Origin: Escherichia coli
GTDB taxonomy: Bacteria > Pseudomonadota > Gammaproteobacteria > Enterobacterales > Enterobacteriaceae
Reading direction: 5' to 3' (one strand)
NCBI RefSeq assembly: GCF_003018255.1
Contig: NZ_CP027440.1
Length of the DNA: 64,000 bases
The translations under genes and the position numbers were made by a program. Positions 1 to 12,457 of the stretch are shown in pieces. How positions within the stretch are numbered: the first letter of the stretch is position 1; the number at the start of each line of letters is the position of its first letter. The notes under the pieces were generated by a model. It ran no database searches and was not told the DNA's origin. It saw only the letters and a list, made by a program, of their open reading frames with translations.

Positions 1-581
1 CCAAGCGTCACAATGCCAATGGCAGCATCACCCACATTAATGGTCGGCAACGCCATAAATAATGCGCCGACTTTTTGTAGATAATGTTCAGGGACATGGG
101 CCATTTGCAGACCGAGAAAATCTTTAATCTGCATGGTACCGATGGTGATCCCGATACCGGAAGTAAAACCTAAGGTAACGGAAACCGGAATATATTCAAT
201 CAAGCGTCCAAAACGTGCCAGCCCCATCAGGATCAAAAAGACACCTGACATGAGTGTCGCGACCAGCAGTCCTGCCAGTCCAAACTGTTGCGAAACGGGA
301 TAGAGAATTACCACAAATGCCGCAGTCGGACCGGAAACGCTAAAGCGTGACCCACCCGTCAGAGCAATGACAATCCCCGCAACAGCTGCGGTATATAAAC
401 CGTACTGGGGTGCCACACCACTACCAATAGCCAACGCCATTGCCAGCGGGATAGCAATAATCCCGACGGTTATCCCGGCAATCAGGTCACGGGTAAACCG
501 TGCGGCAGTATATTTTTCTTTCCAGCAAGCGTCGATCAGAGCGCGGAAAGGCATCACATGTGAGGAAAATATTTTGTTCAC
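1..581 (-). CDS. dauA: SulP-family C4-dicarboxylate transporter DauA (YchM), N-terminal part; gene continues past window start
   Basis: Minus-strand frame from GTG at 579-581 reads [40 protein letters not shown]..., recognised as the DauA N-terminus; no stop before position 1. ORF-track + ORF 367-600 is its antisense. Confidence 0.8.
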   Translation of the reverse strand, partial: MNKIFSSHVMPFRALIDACWKEKYTAARFTRDLIAGITVGIIAIPLAMALAIGSGVAPQYGLYTAAVAGIVIALTGGSRFSVSGPTAAFVVILYPVSQQFGLAGLLVATLMSGVFLILMGLARFGRLIEYIPVSVTLGFTSGIGITIGTMQIKDFLGLQMAHVPEHYLQKVGALFMALPTINVGDAAIGIVTL

Positions 582-705
582 AATAATGTTTCATCCGTGA
601 GCGCATCATCTGTCAACTAAATGGCAGGTGAAGGAGGCATAGGTCATACAAATGGATATTACAGACAAAAAAACCCGCCGCAGCGGGTCTTTGAGCCGGG
701 TTCGA

Positions 706-1779
<1,074 letters not shown>

Positions 1780-1803
1780 TCACCGAAACTCAGCTTGCCC
1801 GGC

Positions 1804-2654
1804 TTAAAGCATGGCTCTGTGCAATGGGGAAAGATTAACGCCTTTCGCCACAAAGCCATTGAGCCATTCCGGGGCTTGCTCTAGCACCTGGCGGGCTTCA
1901 GACTCTGTATCAAATTCAGCAAAGACACAGGCCCCTGTCCCAGTCAGGCGCGACGGGGCGTATTCTAACAGCCAGGAAAGCACCGCATCAACCTCGCGAA
2001 AACGTTTTCTTGCGATAACCTCGCAATCATTGCTGAATTCACATTTTAGCAACGTTTCTATTGACCTTTTTGGCGTATTGCGCGGGAGTTCAGGATCTTT
2101 AAAAATCACCGGTGTCGGAATACTTACACCAGGGTGCGCCACCAAGTACCACTTCTCTGGCGGATCCACCGGCGTTAGTATTTCACCAACGCCTTCGGCA
2201 AACGCGGCATGCCCCCGAACAAAGACAGGAACATCTGCGCCCAGCGTCAGCCCCATTTCCGCCAGCTCATCCATGCTTAGCCCGCATTGCCAGAGATGGT
2301 TTAATGCCACCAGCACCGTCGCGGCATTGGATGAACCACCACCCAGACCGCCGCCCATCGGCAAACGCTTGTCAATACTGATTTCTGCACCGCTTCCCGT
2401 AGGAAGACGCCCGCTGTCTGCCGCTGTTTTCATCAGCAACCGTGCTGCGCGAACGATCAGGTTATCTTCATGTTCCACGCCTTCAACGGGTGTTAACAGA
2501 CGAATATCCCCATCGTCACGAAGCTCAATGCTGATGGTGTCGCCGTAATCCAGGAACTGAAACAGCGTTTGCAGCGTGTGGTAACCGTCCGCACGCTGAC
2601 CGGTAATGTATAAAAACAGATTAAGTTTTGCCGGAGAGGGCCACTGTGTCCGCA

Positions 2655-2655
<1 letters not shown>
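1804..2655 (-). CDS. ispE: 4-diphosphocytidyl-2-C-methyl-D-erythritol kinase
   Basis: ORF track 283 aa; GHMP-kinase glycine-rich motif [14 protein letters not shown] visible; position between lolB and prs as in K-12. Confidence 0.93.
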
Positions 2656-3347
<692 letters not shown>

Positions 3348-3491
3348 CTATGTTCAAGTTGTCTTAATTGCCAGAATCTAACGGCTTTCGGCAATTACTC
3401 CAAAAGGGGGCGCTCTCTTTTATTGATCTTACGCATCCTGTATGATGCAAGCAGACTAACCCTATCAACGTTGGTATTATTTCCCGCAGAC

Positions 3492-4748
3492 ATGACCCTT
3501 TTAGCACTCGGTATCAACCATAAAACGGCACCTGTATCGCTGCGAGAACGTGTATCGTTTTCGCCGGATAAGCTCGATCAGGCGCTTGACAGCCTGCTTG
3601 CGCAGCCGATGGTGCAGGGCGGCGTGGTGCTGTCGACGTGCAATCGCACGGAACTTTATCTTAGCGTTGAAGAGCAGGATAACCTGCAAGAGGCGTTAAT
3701 CCGCTGGCTTTGCGATTATCACAATCTTAATGAAGAAGACCTGCGTAAAAGCCTCTACTGGCATCAGGATAACGACGCGGTTAGCCATTTAATGCGTGTT
3801 GCCAGCGGCCTGGATTCACTGGTTTTGGGGGAGCCGCAGATCCTCGGTCAGGTTAAAAAAGCGTTTGCCGATTCGCAAAAAGGCCATATGAAGGCCAGCG
3901 AACTGGAACGCATGTTTCAGAAATCTTTCTCTGTAGCGAAACGTGTTCGCACTGAAACAGATATCGGTGCCAGCGCTGTTTCTGTCGCTTTTGCGGCTTG
4001 TACGCTGGCGCGGCAGATCTTTGAATCGCTCTCTACGGTGACGGTACTGCTGGTGGGTGCGGGCGAAACCATCGAGCTGGTGGCGCGTCATCTGCGCGAA
4101 CACAAAGTACAGAAGATGATTATCGCCAACCGCACTCGCGAACGTGCCCAAATTCTGGCAGATGAAGTCGGCGCGGAAGTTATTGCCCTGAGTGATATCG
4201 ACGAACGTCTGCGCGAAGCCGATATCATCATCAGTTCCACCGCCAGCCCGTTACCGATTATCGGGAAAGGCATGGTGGAGCGCGCATTAAAAAGCCGTCG
4301 CAACCAACCAATGCTGTTGGTGGATATTGCCGTTCCGCGCGATGTTGAGCCGGAAGTTGGCAAACTGGCGAATGCTTATCTTTATAGCGTGGACGATCTG
4401 CAAAGCATCATTTCGCACAACCTGGCGCAGCGTAAAGCCGCAGCGGTTGAGGCGGAAACTATTGTCGCTCAGGAAACCAGCGAATTTATGGCGTGGCTGC
4501 GTGCACAAAGCGCCAGCGAAACCATTCGCGAGTATCGCAGCCAGGCAGAGCACGTTCGCGATGAGTTAACTGCCAAAGCGTTAGCGGCCCTTGAGCAGGG
4601 CGGTGACGCTCAAGCCATTATGCAGGATCTGGCATGGAAACTGACTAACCGCCTGATCCATGCGCCAACGAAATCACTTCAACAGGCCGCCCGTGACGGG
4701 GATAACGAACGCCTGAATATTCTGCGCGACGGCCTCGGGCTGGAGTAG
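3492..4748 (+). CDS. hemA: Glutamyl-tRNA reductase
   Basis: ORF track 3294..4748; start moved to ATG 3492 ([15 protein letters not shown]..., 418 aa). Confidence 0.93.
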
Positions 4749-4789
4749 CAGTACATCATTTTCTTTTTTTACAGGGTGCATTTACGCCT

Positions 4790-5872
4790 ATGAAGCCTTC
4801 TATCGTTGCCAAACTGGAAGCCCTGCATGAACGCCATGAAGAAGTTCAGGCGTTGCTGGGTGACGCGCAAACTATCGCCGACCAGGAACGTTTTCGCGCA
4901 TTATCACGCGAATATGCGCAGTTAAGTGATGTTTCGCGCTGTTTTACCGACTGGCAACAGGTTCAGGAAGATATCGAAACCGCACAGATGATGCTCGACG
5001 ATCCTGAAATGCGTGAGATGGCGCAGGATGAACTGCGCGAAGCTAAAGAAAAAAGCGAGCAACTGGAACAGCAATTACAGGTTCTGTTACTACCAAAAGA
5101 TCCTGATGACGAACGTAACGCCTTCCTCGAAGTCCGTGCCGGAACCGGCGGCGACGAAGCGGCGCTCTTCGCTGGCGATCTGTTCCGTATGTACAGCCGT
5201 TACGCCGAAGCCCGCCGCTGGCGTGTAGAAATCATGAGCGCCAGCGAGGGTGAACATGGTGGTTATAAAGAGATCATCGCCAAAATTAGCGGTGATGGTG
5301 TATATGGTCGTTTGAAATTCGAATCTGGCGGTCATCGCGTGCAGCGTGTGCCTGCTACGGAATCGCAGGGTCGAATTCATACTTCCGCTTGTACCGTTGC
5401 GGTAATGCCAGAACTGCCTGACGCAGAACTGCCGGACATCAACCCAGCAGATTTGCGCATTGATACTTTCCGCTCGTCAGGGGCGGGTGGTCAGCACGTT
5501 AACACCACCGATTCGGCAATTCGTATTACTCACTTGCCGACCGGGATTGTTGTTGAATGTCAGGACGAACGTTCACAACATAAAAACAAAGCTAAAGCAC
5601 TTTCTGTACTCGGTGCTCGCATCCACGCTGCAGAAATGGCAAAACGGCAACAGGCCGAAGCGTCTACCCGTCGTAACCTGCTGGGGAGTGGCGATCGCAG
5701 CGACCGTAACCGTACTTACAACTTCCCACAGGGGCGCGTTACCGATCACCGCATCAACCTGACGCTCTACCGCCTGGATGAAGTGATGGAAGGTAAGCTG
5801 GATATGCTGATTGAACCGATTATCCAGGAACATCAGGCCGACCAACTGGCGGCGTTGTCCGAGCAGGAATAA
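4790..5872 (+). CDS. prfA: Peptide chain release factor 1
   Basis: ORF track 360 aa; GGQ motif ([10 protein letters not shown]) present. Confidence 0.95.
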
Positions 5873-6705
5873 TGGAATATCAACACTGGTTACGTGAAGC
5901 AATAAGCCAACTTCAGGCGAGCGAAAGCCCGCGGCGTGATGCTGAAATCCTGCTGGAGCATGTTACCGGCAGAGGGCGTACTTTTATTCTCGCCTTTGGT
6001 GAAACGCAGCTGACTGACGAACAATGTCAGCAACTTGATGCGCTACTGACGCGTCGTCGCGATGGTGAACCCATTGCTCATTTAACCGGGGTGCGAGAAT
6101 TCTGGTCGTTGCCGTTATTTGTTTCGCCAGCGACCTTAATTCCGCGCCCGGATACGGAGTGTCTGGTGGAGCAGGCACTGGCGCGGTTGCCTGAACAACC
6201 TTGCCGTATTCTCGATCTCGGGACGGGTACCGGGGCGATTGCGCTGGCGCTGGCCAGCGAGCGTCCGGACTGCGAAATTACCGCTGTAGATCGTATGCCA
6301 GATGCTGTCGCCCTGGCGCAACGTAATGCCCAGAATCTGGCGATCAAAAACATCCATATTCTGCAAAGCGACTGGTTTAGCGCGCTAGCCGGGCAGCAGT
6401 TTGCGATGATTGTCAGTAATCCGCCGTATATTGACGAGCAGGACCCACATCTTCAACAAGGCGATGTCCGCTTTGAGCCGCTCACTGCGCTGGTTGCGGC
6501 AGACAGTGGAATGGCAGACATCGTGCATATCATCGAACAGTCGCGTAACGCGCTGGTATCCGGCGGCTTTCTGCTTCTGGAACATGGTTGGCAGCAGGGC
6601 GAAGCGGTGCGACAGGCATTTATCCACGCGGGATATCATGACGTCGAAACCTGTCGGGACTATGGTGATAACGAGCGCGTAACGCTCGGCCGCTATTATC
6701 AATGA
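5872..6705 (+). CDS. prmC: Release factor glutamine N5-methyltransferase (HemK)
   Basis: ORF track 277 aa; NPPY motif (IVSNPPYI) and SAM-binding LDLGTGTG visible; start overlaps prfA stop. Confidence 0.93.
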   Translation: MEYQHWLREAISQLQASESPRRDAEILLEHVTGRGRTFILAFGETQLTDEQCQQLDALLTRRRDGEPIAHLTGVREFWSLPLFVSPATLIPRPDTECLVEQALARLPEQPCRILDLGTGTGAIALALASERPDCEITAVDRMPDAVALAQRNAQNLAIKNIHILQSDWFSALAGQQFAMIVSNPPYIDEQDPHLQQGDVRFEPLTALVAADSGMADIVHIIEQSRNALVSGGFLLLEHGWQQGEAVRQAFIHAGYHDVETCRDYGDNERVTLGRYYQ

Positions 6706-7094
6706 CAAGTTTTTCTACACTGCTTAGTGTTCATCTTATTAGTATCGCGCTTTCAGTTGGGCTATTAACCTTACGTTTCTGGCTACGTTATCAGAAGCAT
6801 CCACAGGCATTTGCGCGCTGGACGCGCATTGTGCCGCCGGTTGTCGATACGCTGTTATTGTTAAGCGGCATTGCGTTGATGGCTAAAGCGCACATCCTGC
6901 CATTTTCCGGGCAGGCACAGTGGCTGACTGAAAAGCTGTTTGGAGTTATCATTTATATCGTTTTGGGTTTTATTGCACTCGATTATCGTCGTATGCACAG
7001 TCAGCAGGCGCGCATTATTGCCTTCCCGCTGGCGTTGGTGGTGCTGTACATCATCATTAAACTCGCCACCACAAAAGTACCGTTACTGGGGTAA
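6702..7094 (+). CDS. ychQ: Small inner-membrane protein SirB2/YchQ
   Basis: ORF track 130 aa, hydrophobic; ATGA overlap with prmC stop; K-12 synteny. Confidence 0.85.
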   Translation: MTSFSTLLSVHLISIALSVGLLTLRFWLRYQKHPQAFARWTRIVPPVVDTLLLLSGIALMAKAHILPFSGQAQWLTEKLFGVIIYIVLGFIALDYRRMHSQQARIIAFPLALVVLYIIIKLATTKVPLLG

Positions 7095-7097
7095 GTC

Positions 7098-7907
7098 ATG
7101 AGATCGTTAGCTGATTTCGAATTTAATAAAGCGCCATTGTGCGAAGGCATGATCCTGGCTTGCGAAGCAATCCGCCGCGATTTTCCCTCGCAAGATGTTT
7201 ACGACGAACTGGAGCGTCTCGTTAGTCTGGCGAAGGAAGAAATCAGCCAGCTTCTGCCTTTAGAAGAGCAGCTGGAAAAACTGATCGCGCTGTTTTACGG
7301 CGACTGGGGATTTAAAGCCTCACGCGGCGTTTATCGTCTTTCCGATGCATTATGGCTGGACCAGGTGTTAAAGAATCGACAGGGCAGTGCGGTATCATTA
7401 GGTGCCGTTTTATTATGGGTCGCGAATCGTCTTGATTTGCCGCTGCTGCCGGTGATTTTCCCTACGCAGCTGATATTGCGCATTGAATGTCCGGATGGCG
7501 AAATTTGGCTGATTAATCCTTTTAACGGTGAATCGTTAAGCGAACATATGCTGGACGTATGGTTAAAGGGAAATATCAGCCCGTCGGCGGAACTGTTTTA
7601 TGAAGACCTTGATGAAGCTGATAACATTGAGGTAATCCGCAAATTGCTGGATACACTCAAAGCTTCGTTGATGGAAGAGAATCAGATGGAGCTGGCGTTA
7701 CGCACCAGCGAAGCTTTATTACAATTCAACCCGGAAGATCCCTATGAAATTCGCGATCGCGGGTTGATTTATGCGCAACTGGATTGCGAACACGTTGCGT
7801 TGAACGATTTAAGTTATTTCGTTGAACAGTGTCCGGAAGACCCGATCAGCGAAATGATCCGTGCGCAAATAAATAACATCGCGCATAAACATATTGTGCT
7901 GCATTAA
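7098..7907 (+). CDS. ychA: SirB1/YchA (transglutaminase-like/TPR protein)
   Basis: ORF track 269 aa; K-12 synteny between ychQ and kdsA. Confidence 0.85.
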   Translation: MRSLADFEFNKAPLCEGMILACEAIRRDFPSQDVYDELERLVSLAKEEISQLLPLEEQLEKLIALFYGDWGFKASRGVYRLSDALWLDQVLKNRQGSAVSLGAVLLWVANRLDLPLLPVIFPTQLILRIECPDGEIWLINPFNGESLSEHMLDVWLKGNISPSAELFYEDLDEADNIEVIRKLLDTLKASLMEENQMELALRTSEALLQFNPEDPYEIRDRGLIYAQLDCEHVALNDLSYFVEQCPEDPISEMIRAQINNIAHKHIVLH

Positions 7908-7933
7908 TTAATCGACATTTTACTCAAGATTAA

Positions 7934-8797
<864 letters not shown>

Positions 8798-8818
8798 TCT
8801 TTTTTGCCTGAAAACTAA

Positions 8819-8849
8819 AGCCTTAGCGTTCTGCGTTAAGGCTTTTTTC
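8819..8849 (+). terminator. Rho-independent terminator downstream of kdsA
   Basis: Hairpin aagccttagcg/cgttaaggctt (one G-U pair) followed by TTTTTT, 20 nt after the kdsA stop. Confidence 0.6.
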
Positions 8850-8864
8850 ATGGGGGCCGGATAC

Positions 8865-8896
8865 AAAAAGGGCCGCAGGCTGTTACCCCTGCGGCC
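8865..8896 (-). terminator. Rho-independent terminator downstream of ldr (minus strand)
   Basis: 8-bp stem ggccgcag/ctgcggcc with 10-nt loop; on the minus strand followed by CTTTTTG. Confidence 0.5.
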
Positions 8897-8945
8897 GGTT
8901 TCGGGCGCATATTGCCATCACGGCAGCCTGACGCCCGTTTTCGCC

Positions 8946-9053
8946 TTACTTCCGGTTACGCCACCAGCCGACAATCGCTGCGGTAATAATTCCCGCCAGG
9001 ATCGGTGCTGCCAGGTCGTGCCAGAAAATCACGGTAAACTGCGCGAGCGTCAT
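8946..9053 (-). CDS. ldr: Ldr-family type I toxin (35 aa)
   Basis: Minus-strand ORF not in the ORF track (<60 aa): MTLAQFTVIFWHDLAAPILAGIITAAIVGWWRNRK, near-identical to recalled K-12 LdrA/B/C. ORF-track + ORF 8850..9071 is its antisense. Confidence 0.85.
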   Translation of the reverse strand: MTLAQFTVIFWHDLAAPILAGIITAAIVGWWRNRK

Positions 9054-9099
9054 ATAGCCGCCTTGTTGTAATGACAACATTTTGCGGCTATTCTTGAAT

Positions 9100-9168
9100 T
9101 GTTCTGGTTCAAGATTAGCCCCCGTTCTGTTGTCAGGTTATACCTCTCAACGTGCGGGGGTTTTCTCT
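9100..9168 (+). ncRNA. rdl: Rdl antisense RNA (antitoxin of Ldr), approximate ends
   Basis: Segment caagattagcccccgttctgttgtcaggtt...cgtgcgggggttttctc matches my memory of RdlA and ends in a GC stem plus U-run; lies antisense to the ldr 5' leader. Boundaries not determined. Confidence 0.5.
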
Positions 9169-9420
9169 TTCCAGCAACCAATGCCACCAGGGATAAAGCC
9201 CCCGCAACATTGCGCCTCACCGGATAACGCCGGCTTGGTGTGGATACTACGACTCAATTCATCTTCACTTCATCCCTGAAATGTTTGCAATGAAGAGTGC
9301 ATTCCGGTTTTTCAACAGCTGTTACAGTCGTTTCGTGCAGGTTGTGGTTCAGGCTCGCAATTCTGATTAACAACCTGTCCAGGTAGTATGAAGAAATACA
9401 ATAAGCAGGAATTTATATTA

Positions 9421-9452
9421 TCTCCCCCGATTTCCGTCATCGGAGGAGATAT
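9421..9452 (-). terminator. Putative terminator downstream of chaA (minus strand)
   Basis: About 10-bp imperfect stem (tctcccccga/tcggaggaga) followed on the minus strand by an A/T-rich run, just after the chaA stop at 9458. Confidence 0.4.
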
Positions 9453-9457
9453 AACTG

Positions 9458-10558
9458 TCAGGCAAATATCGTCATCAAATAGGCGGCAAACAGTGCCAGA
9501 TGCGCTGCGCCATTGAGCACGTTAGTACGTCCGGTGGAGAAGGAGATATGACACAGCACTAAAGAGGCCACCATCACCACCATTTCTGGCGCACCAAGTG
9601 CAAACTGCAATTCGTTACCCGTCATAAAGGCAATTAGCGTGACGACAGGTACGGTAAGCGAAATGGTTGCTAACACTGAACCAAAGAACAGATTCATCGC
9701 GCGCTGGACCTGGTTGTTCAACACTGCTTTTAACGCACCTAAACCTTCCGGCGACAGAATCAACAGAGCCACCAGGAAGCCAGTAAAGGCGACAGGGGCA
9801 TTCATGCTGTCGAGCAATGTCTCCAGCGGGCTGGCGTTCATTTTGGTCACCGCAATAACGGCAATCAGATGGACAATCAACCAGATAGCATGCCACAGGC
9901 TGCTATGGGCAGACGGTTTACCGTGATGCGGGTCGTCGTCATCACTGTCATCTTCGTGCTCGTAGACAAACAAACTTTGATGCGTTTTGGTCTGGATCAG
10001 CAAAAATACGCCATACATTGCCGCAGAAATTAATGCTACCAGTAACGCCTGACCGGTTGAAAAATTCGCCGCAGGCAGAGCCATTGGAAATACCAGTACG
10101 ATTATCGCCAGGGGGAACAGCGCAATTAAATACTGCTTGATACCAAACAGATTCATATATTGGGTGGCAAACTTGCGTCCGCCCAACAATAATGAAAAGC
10201 CAACCAGCCCACCGGTAACAATCATAATGATTGAATAGAGCGTATCACGCATTAGCGTTGGCGCGGCGTCGCCGGTTGCCATTAAAGCTGAAATCAAACT
10301 GACTTCAAGAATAACCACTGAAAGGCTAAGAATAAGCGAACCGTAAGGCTCTCCCAGGCGATGGGCTAATACGTCCGCATGACGGACAACACTAAAGGCG
10401 CTACTTAAAATACCAATAAGAGCAAGAAGATTGATGGCAATGACCACTGGTAGTGTCTGGCTGCTTCCCCACAGGAACAGCACTACCAGCGCCAGAACCG
10501 GGAAAATAAGCGAAGTCTCCTTGTGGCGGGTTTTTACCGCCTCTTGAGCATTTGACAT
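9458..10558 (-). CDS. chaA: Na+/Ca2+/K+:H+ antiporter ChaA
   Basis: ORF track 9458..10645; start moved to ATG (plus 10556-10558, MSNAQEAVKTRHK..., 366 aa). Confidence 0.92.
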   Translation of the reverse strand: MSNAQEAVKTRHKETSLIFPVLALVVLFLWGSSQTLPVVIAINLLALIGILSSAFSVVRHADVLAHRLGEPYGSLILSLSVVILEVSLISALMATGDAAPTLMRDTLYSIIMIVTGGLVGFSLLLGGRKFATQYMNLFGIKQYLIALFPLAIIVLVFPMALPAANFSTGQALLVALISAAMYGVFLLIQTKTHQSLFVYEHEDDSDDDDPHHGKPSAHSSLWHAIWLIVHLIAVIAVTKMNASPLETLLDSMNAPVAFTGFLVALLILSPEGLGALKAVLNNQVQRAMNLFFGSVLATISLTVPVVTLIAFMTGNELQFALGAPEMVVMVASLVLCHISFSTGRTNVLNGAAHLALFAAYLMTIFA

Positions 10559-10827
10559 TATGGTTATCCCTTTGCAGATGAATTTATCGAAAATGTAAAA
10601 AATAGGTAGGAAAAATAACAGAAAGTGTCTGGATATCGGTAACATTTTACGAATTTTTACCCCGCTGTCGATTTTTTACTCATTTGGGCATAAAAATAAG
10701 TAATACGTTTAGACAATGTTTGTTTTAGCACTTCTTAAGAAGAGTCTGACATGAAAATTCTTATGTTTTGGCAAGAGTAGATATTGTTGACCACACTTAA
10801 TGTTCAACTTTGTAAAAGGAGTCAACG

Positions 10828-11058
10828 ATGCCGTATAAAACGAAAAGCGATCTGCCGGAAAGCGTAAAGCACGTGCTTCCGTCTCATGCCCAGGATATCT
10901 ATAAAGAAGCGTTCAACAGCGCATGGGATCAATATAAAGATAAAGAAGATCGGCGTGATGACGCCAGTCGCGAAGAAACAGCGCATAAAGTGGCCTGGGC
11001 TGCTGTGAAGCATGAATATGCCAAAGGGGATGATGATAAATGGCATAAAAAATCGTAA
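10828..11058 (+). CDS. chaB: Cation transport regulator ChaB
   Basis: ORF track 76 aa; SD aaaggag 6 nt upstream; K-12 synteny. Confidence 0.9.
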   Translation: MPYKTKSDLPESVKHVLPSHAQDIYKEAFNSAWDQYKDKEDRRDDASREETAHKVAWAAVKHEYAKGDDDKWHKKS

Positions 11059-11215
11059 AACCGGTAGCTTAGTTAAAGCTATTCGTGCGGTGTTGCCTTG
11101 CAAGTGGTCCGTGGATTGCATATTGTCCCGTTAGTGGTTTCAAAATGAGCAGTAAAAATGTCCGGAAGACACCAAAAAGTTGTCGCAGGGAAGTATGCAG
11201 TGGCGGAGGTGTAAG

Positions 11216-11911
11216 GTGATAACGCGTGATTTCTTGATGAATGCCGATTGTAAAACGGCATTTGGTGCCATTGAAGAATCACTCTTATGGTCAGCAGAAC
11301 AACGGGCGGCTTCGCTGGCGGCGACGCTGGCTTGTCGACCTGATGAGGGACCGGTGTGGATCTTCGGTTATGGATCGTTGATGTGGAATCCGGCACTGGA
11401 GTTTACCGAGTCGTGCACCGGTACACTGGTTGGATGGCATCGTGCGTTTTGCCTGCGCCTGACCGCCGGGCGCGGGACTGCGCACCAGCCGGGACGGATG
11501 CTTGCACTGAAAGAGGGCGGACGCACCACAGGCGTCGCCTATCGACTGCCAGAAGAGACGCTGGAGCAGGAACTAACCCTGTTGTGGAAGCGCGAGATGA
11601 TTACCGGCTGTTATCTGCCAACCTGGTGTCAGCTTGATCTTGATGATGGACGCACAGTAAACGCCATTGTGTTTATTATGGACCCGCGACATCCAGAATA
11701 TGAATCTGACACTCGCGCTCAGGTCATCGCGCCGTTGATTGCGGCGGCGAGCGGTCCACTGGGAACCAACGCACAATACCTGTTTTCACTGGAACAGGAG
11801 CTTATCAAACTGGGAATGCAGGACGATGGGCTGAATGATTTGCTGGTATCGGTAAAAAAACTGCTGGCGGAGAATTATCCGGATGGTGTGTTACGGCCGG
11901 GACTCGCCTGA
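11216..11911 (+). CDS. chaC: Gamma-glutamylcyclotransferase-family protein ChaC
   Basis: ORF track 11180..11911; start moved to GTG 11216 preceded by ggagg (VITRDF -> MITRDF, 231 aa). Confidence 0.85.
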   Translation: MITRDFLMNADCKTAFGAIEESLLWSAEQRAASLAATLACRPDEGPVWIFGYGSLMWNPALEFTESCTGTLVGWHRAFCLRLTAGRGTAHQPGRMLALKEGGRTTGVAYRLPEETLEQELTLLWKREMITGCYLPTWCQLDLDDGRTVNAIVFIMDPRHPEYESDTRAQVIAPLIAAASGPLGTNAQYLFSLEQELIKLGMQDDGLNDLLVSVKKLLAENYPDGVLRPGLA

Positions 11912-11954
11912 GTAAACTTCCCTCATAGTGGGGCGTCAGACGCCCCCTCAAACA

Positions 11955-12308
11955 TTAAAATGTGAGCACTTTATCGGCTGACAGCGTCCATTGCGCCAGT
12001 TCCACAAGCGTACCGATTTCCACCCCATCAATCAGAGGAAGTGTACTAATCCCGCGCCCGTCGGTACAGGTTTTGCACAATTTCACCGGTACATTCTGAG
12101 CGGTAAGGATCTCCAGCATTTGCTGAATGTTGTAGCCTTCCCCTGGTTTTTGCCCGCGCAACCCGGCTGTGACCGCATCAGACATCAGGAACAGACGCAG
12201 ATCCAGATTGCTCTCCTGCTCTCGTAACGCAATGGCCAGCCGCAAGCTGTTAAATAAGGATTCGCTCCCGTAAGGTGCGCCATTGGCAACGATCACGATT
12301 TTTTGCAT
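11955..12308 (-). CDS. ychN: DsrE/DsrF-like protein YchN
   Basis: ORF track 117 aa; K-12 synteny. Confidence 0.88.
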   Translation of the reverse strand: MQKIVIVANGAPYGSESLFNSLRLAIALREQESNLDLRLFLMSDAVTAGLRGQKPGEGYNIQQMLEILTAQNVPVKLCKTCTDGRGISTLPLIDGVEIGTLVELAQWTLSADKVLTF

Positions 12309-12325
12309 TATTTACTCCTGTATTC

Positions 12326-12429
<104 letters not shown>

Positions 12430-12457
12430 TTGCCAGTAATCGTTATTCTTTAGGGCT

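Noticed and set aside
367-600. 77-aa + strand ORF at the window start
   Set aside because: Antisense to the dauA N-terminal coding region, which translates to a recognisable transporter.
8850-9071. 73-aa + strand ORF between kdsA and chaA
   Set aside because: It is the antisense of the Ldr toxin gene and overlaps the kdsA terminator; the Ldr frame on the other strand matches a known toxin family.
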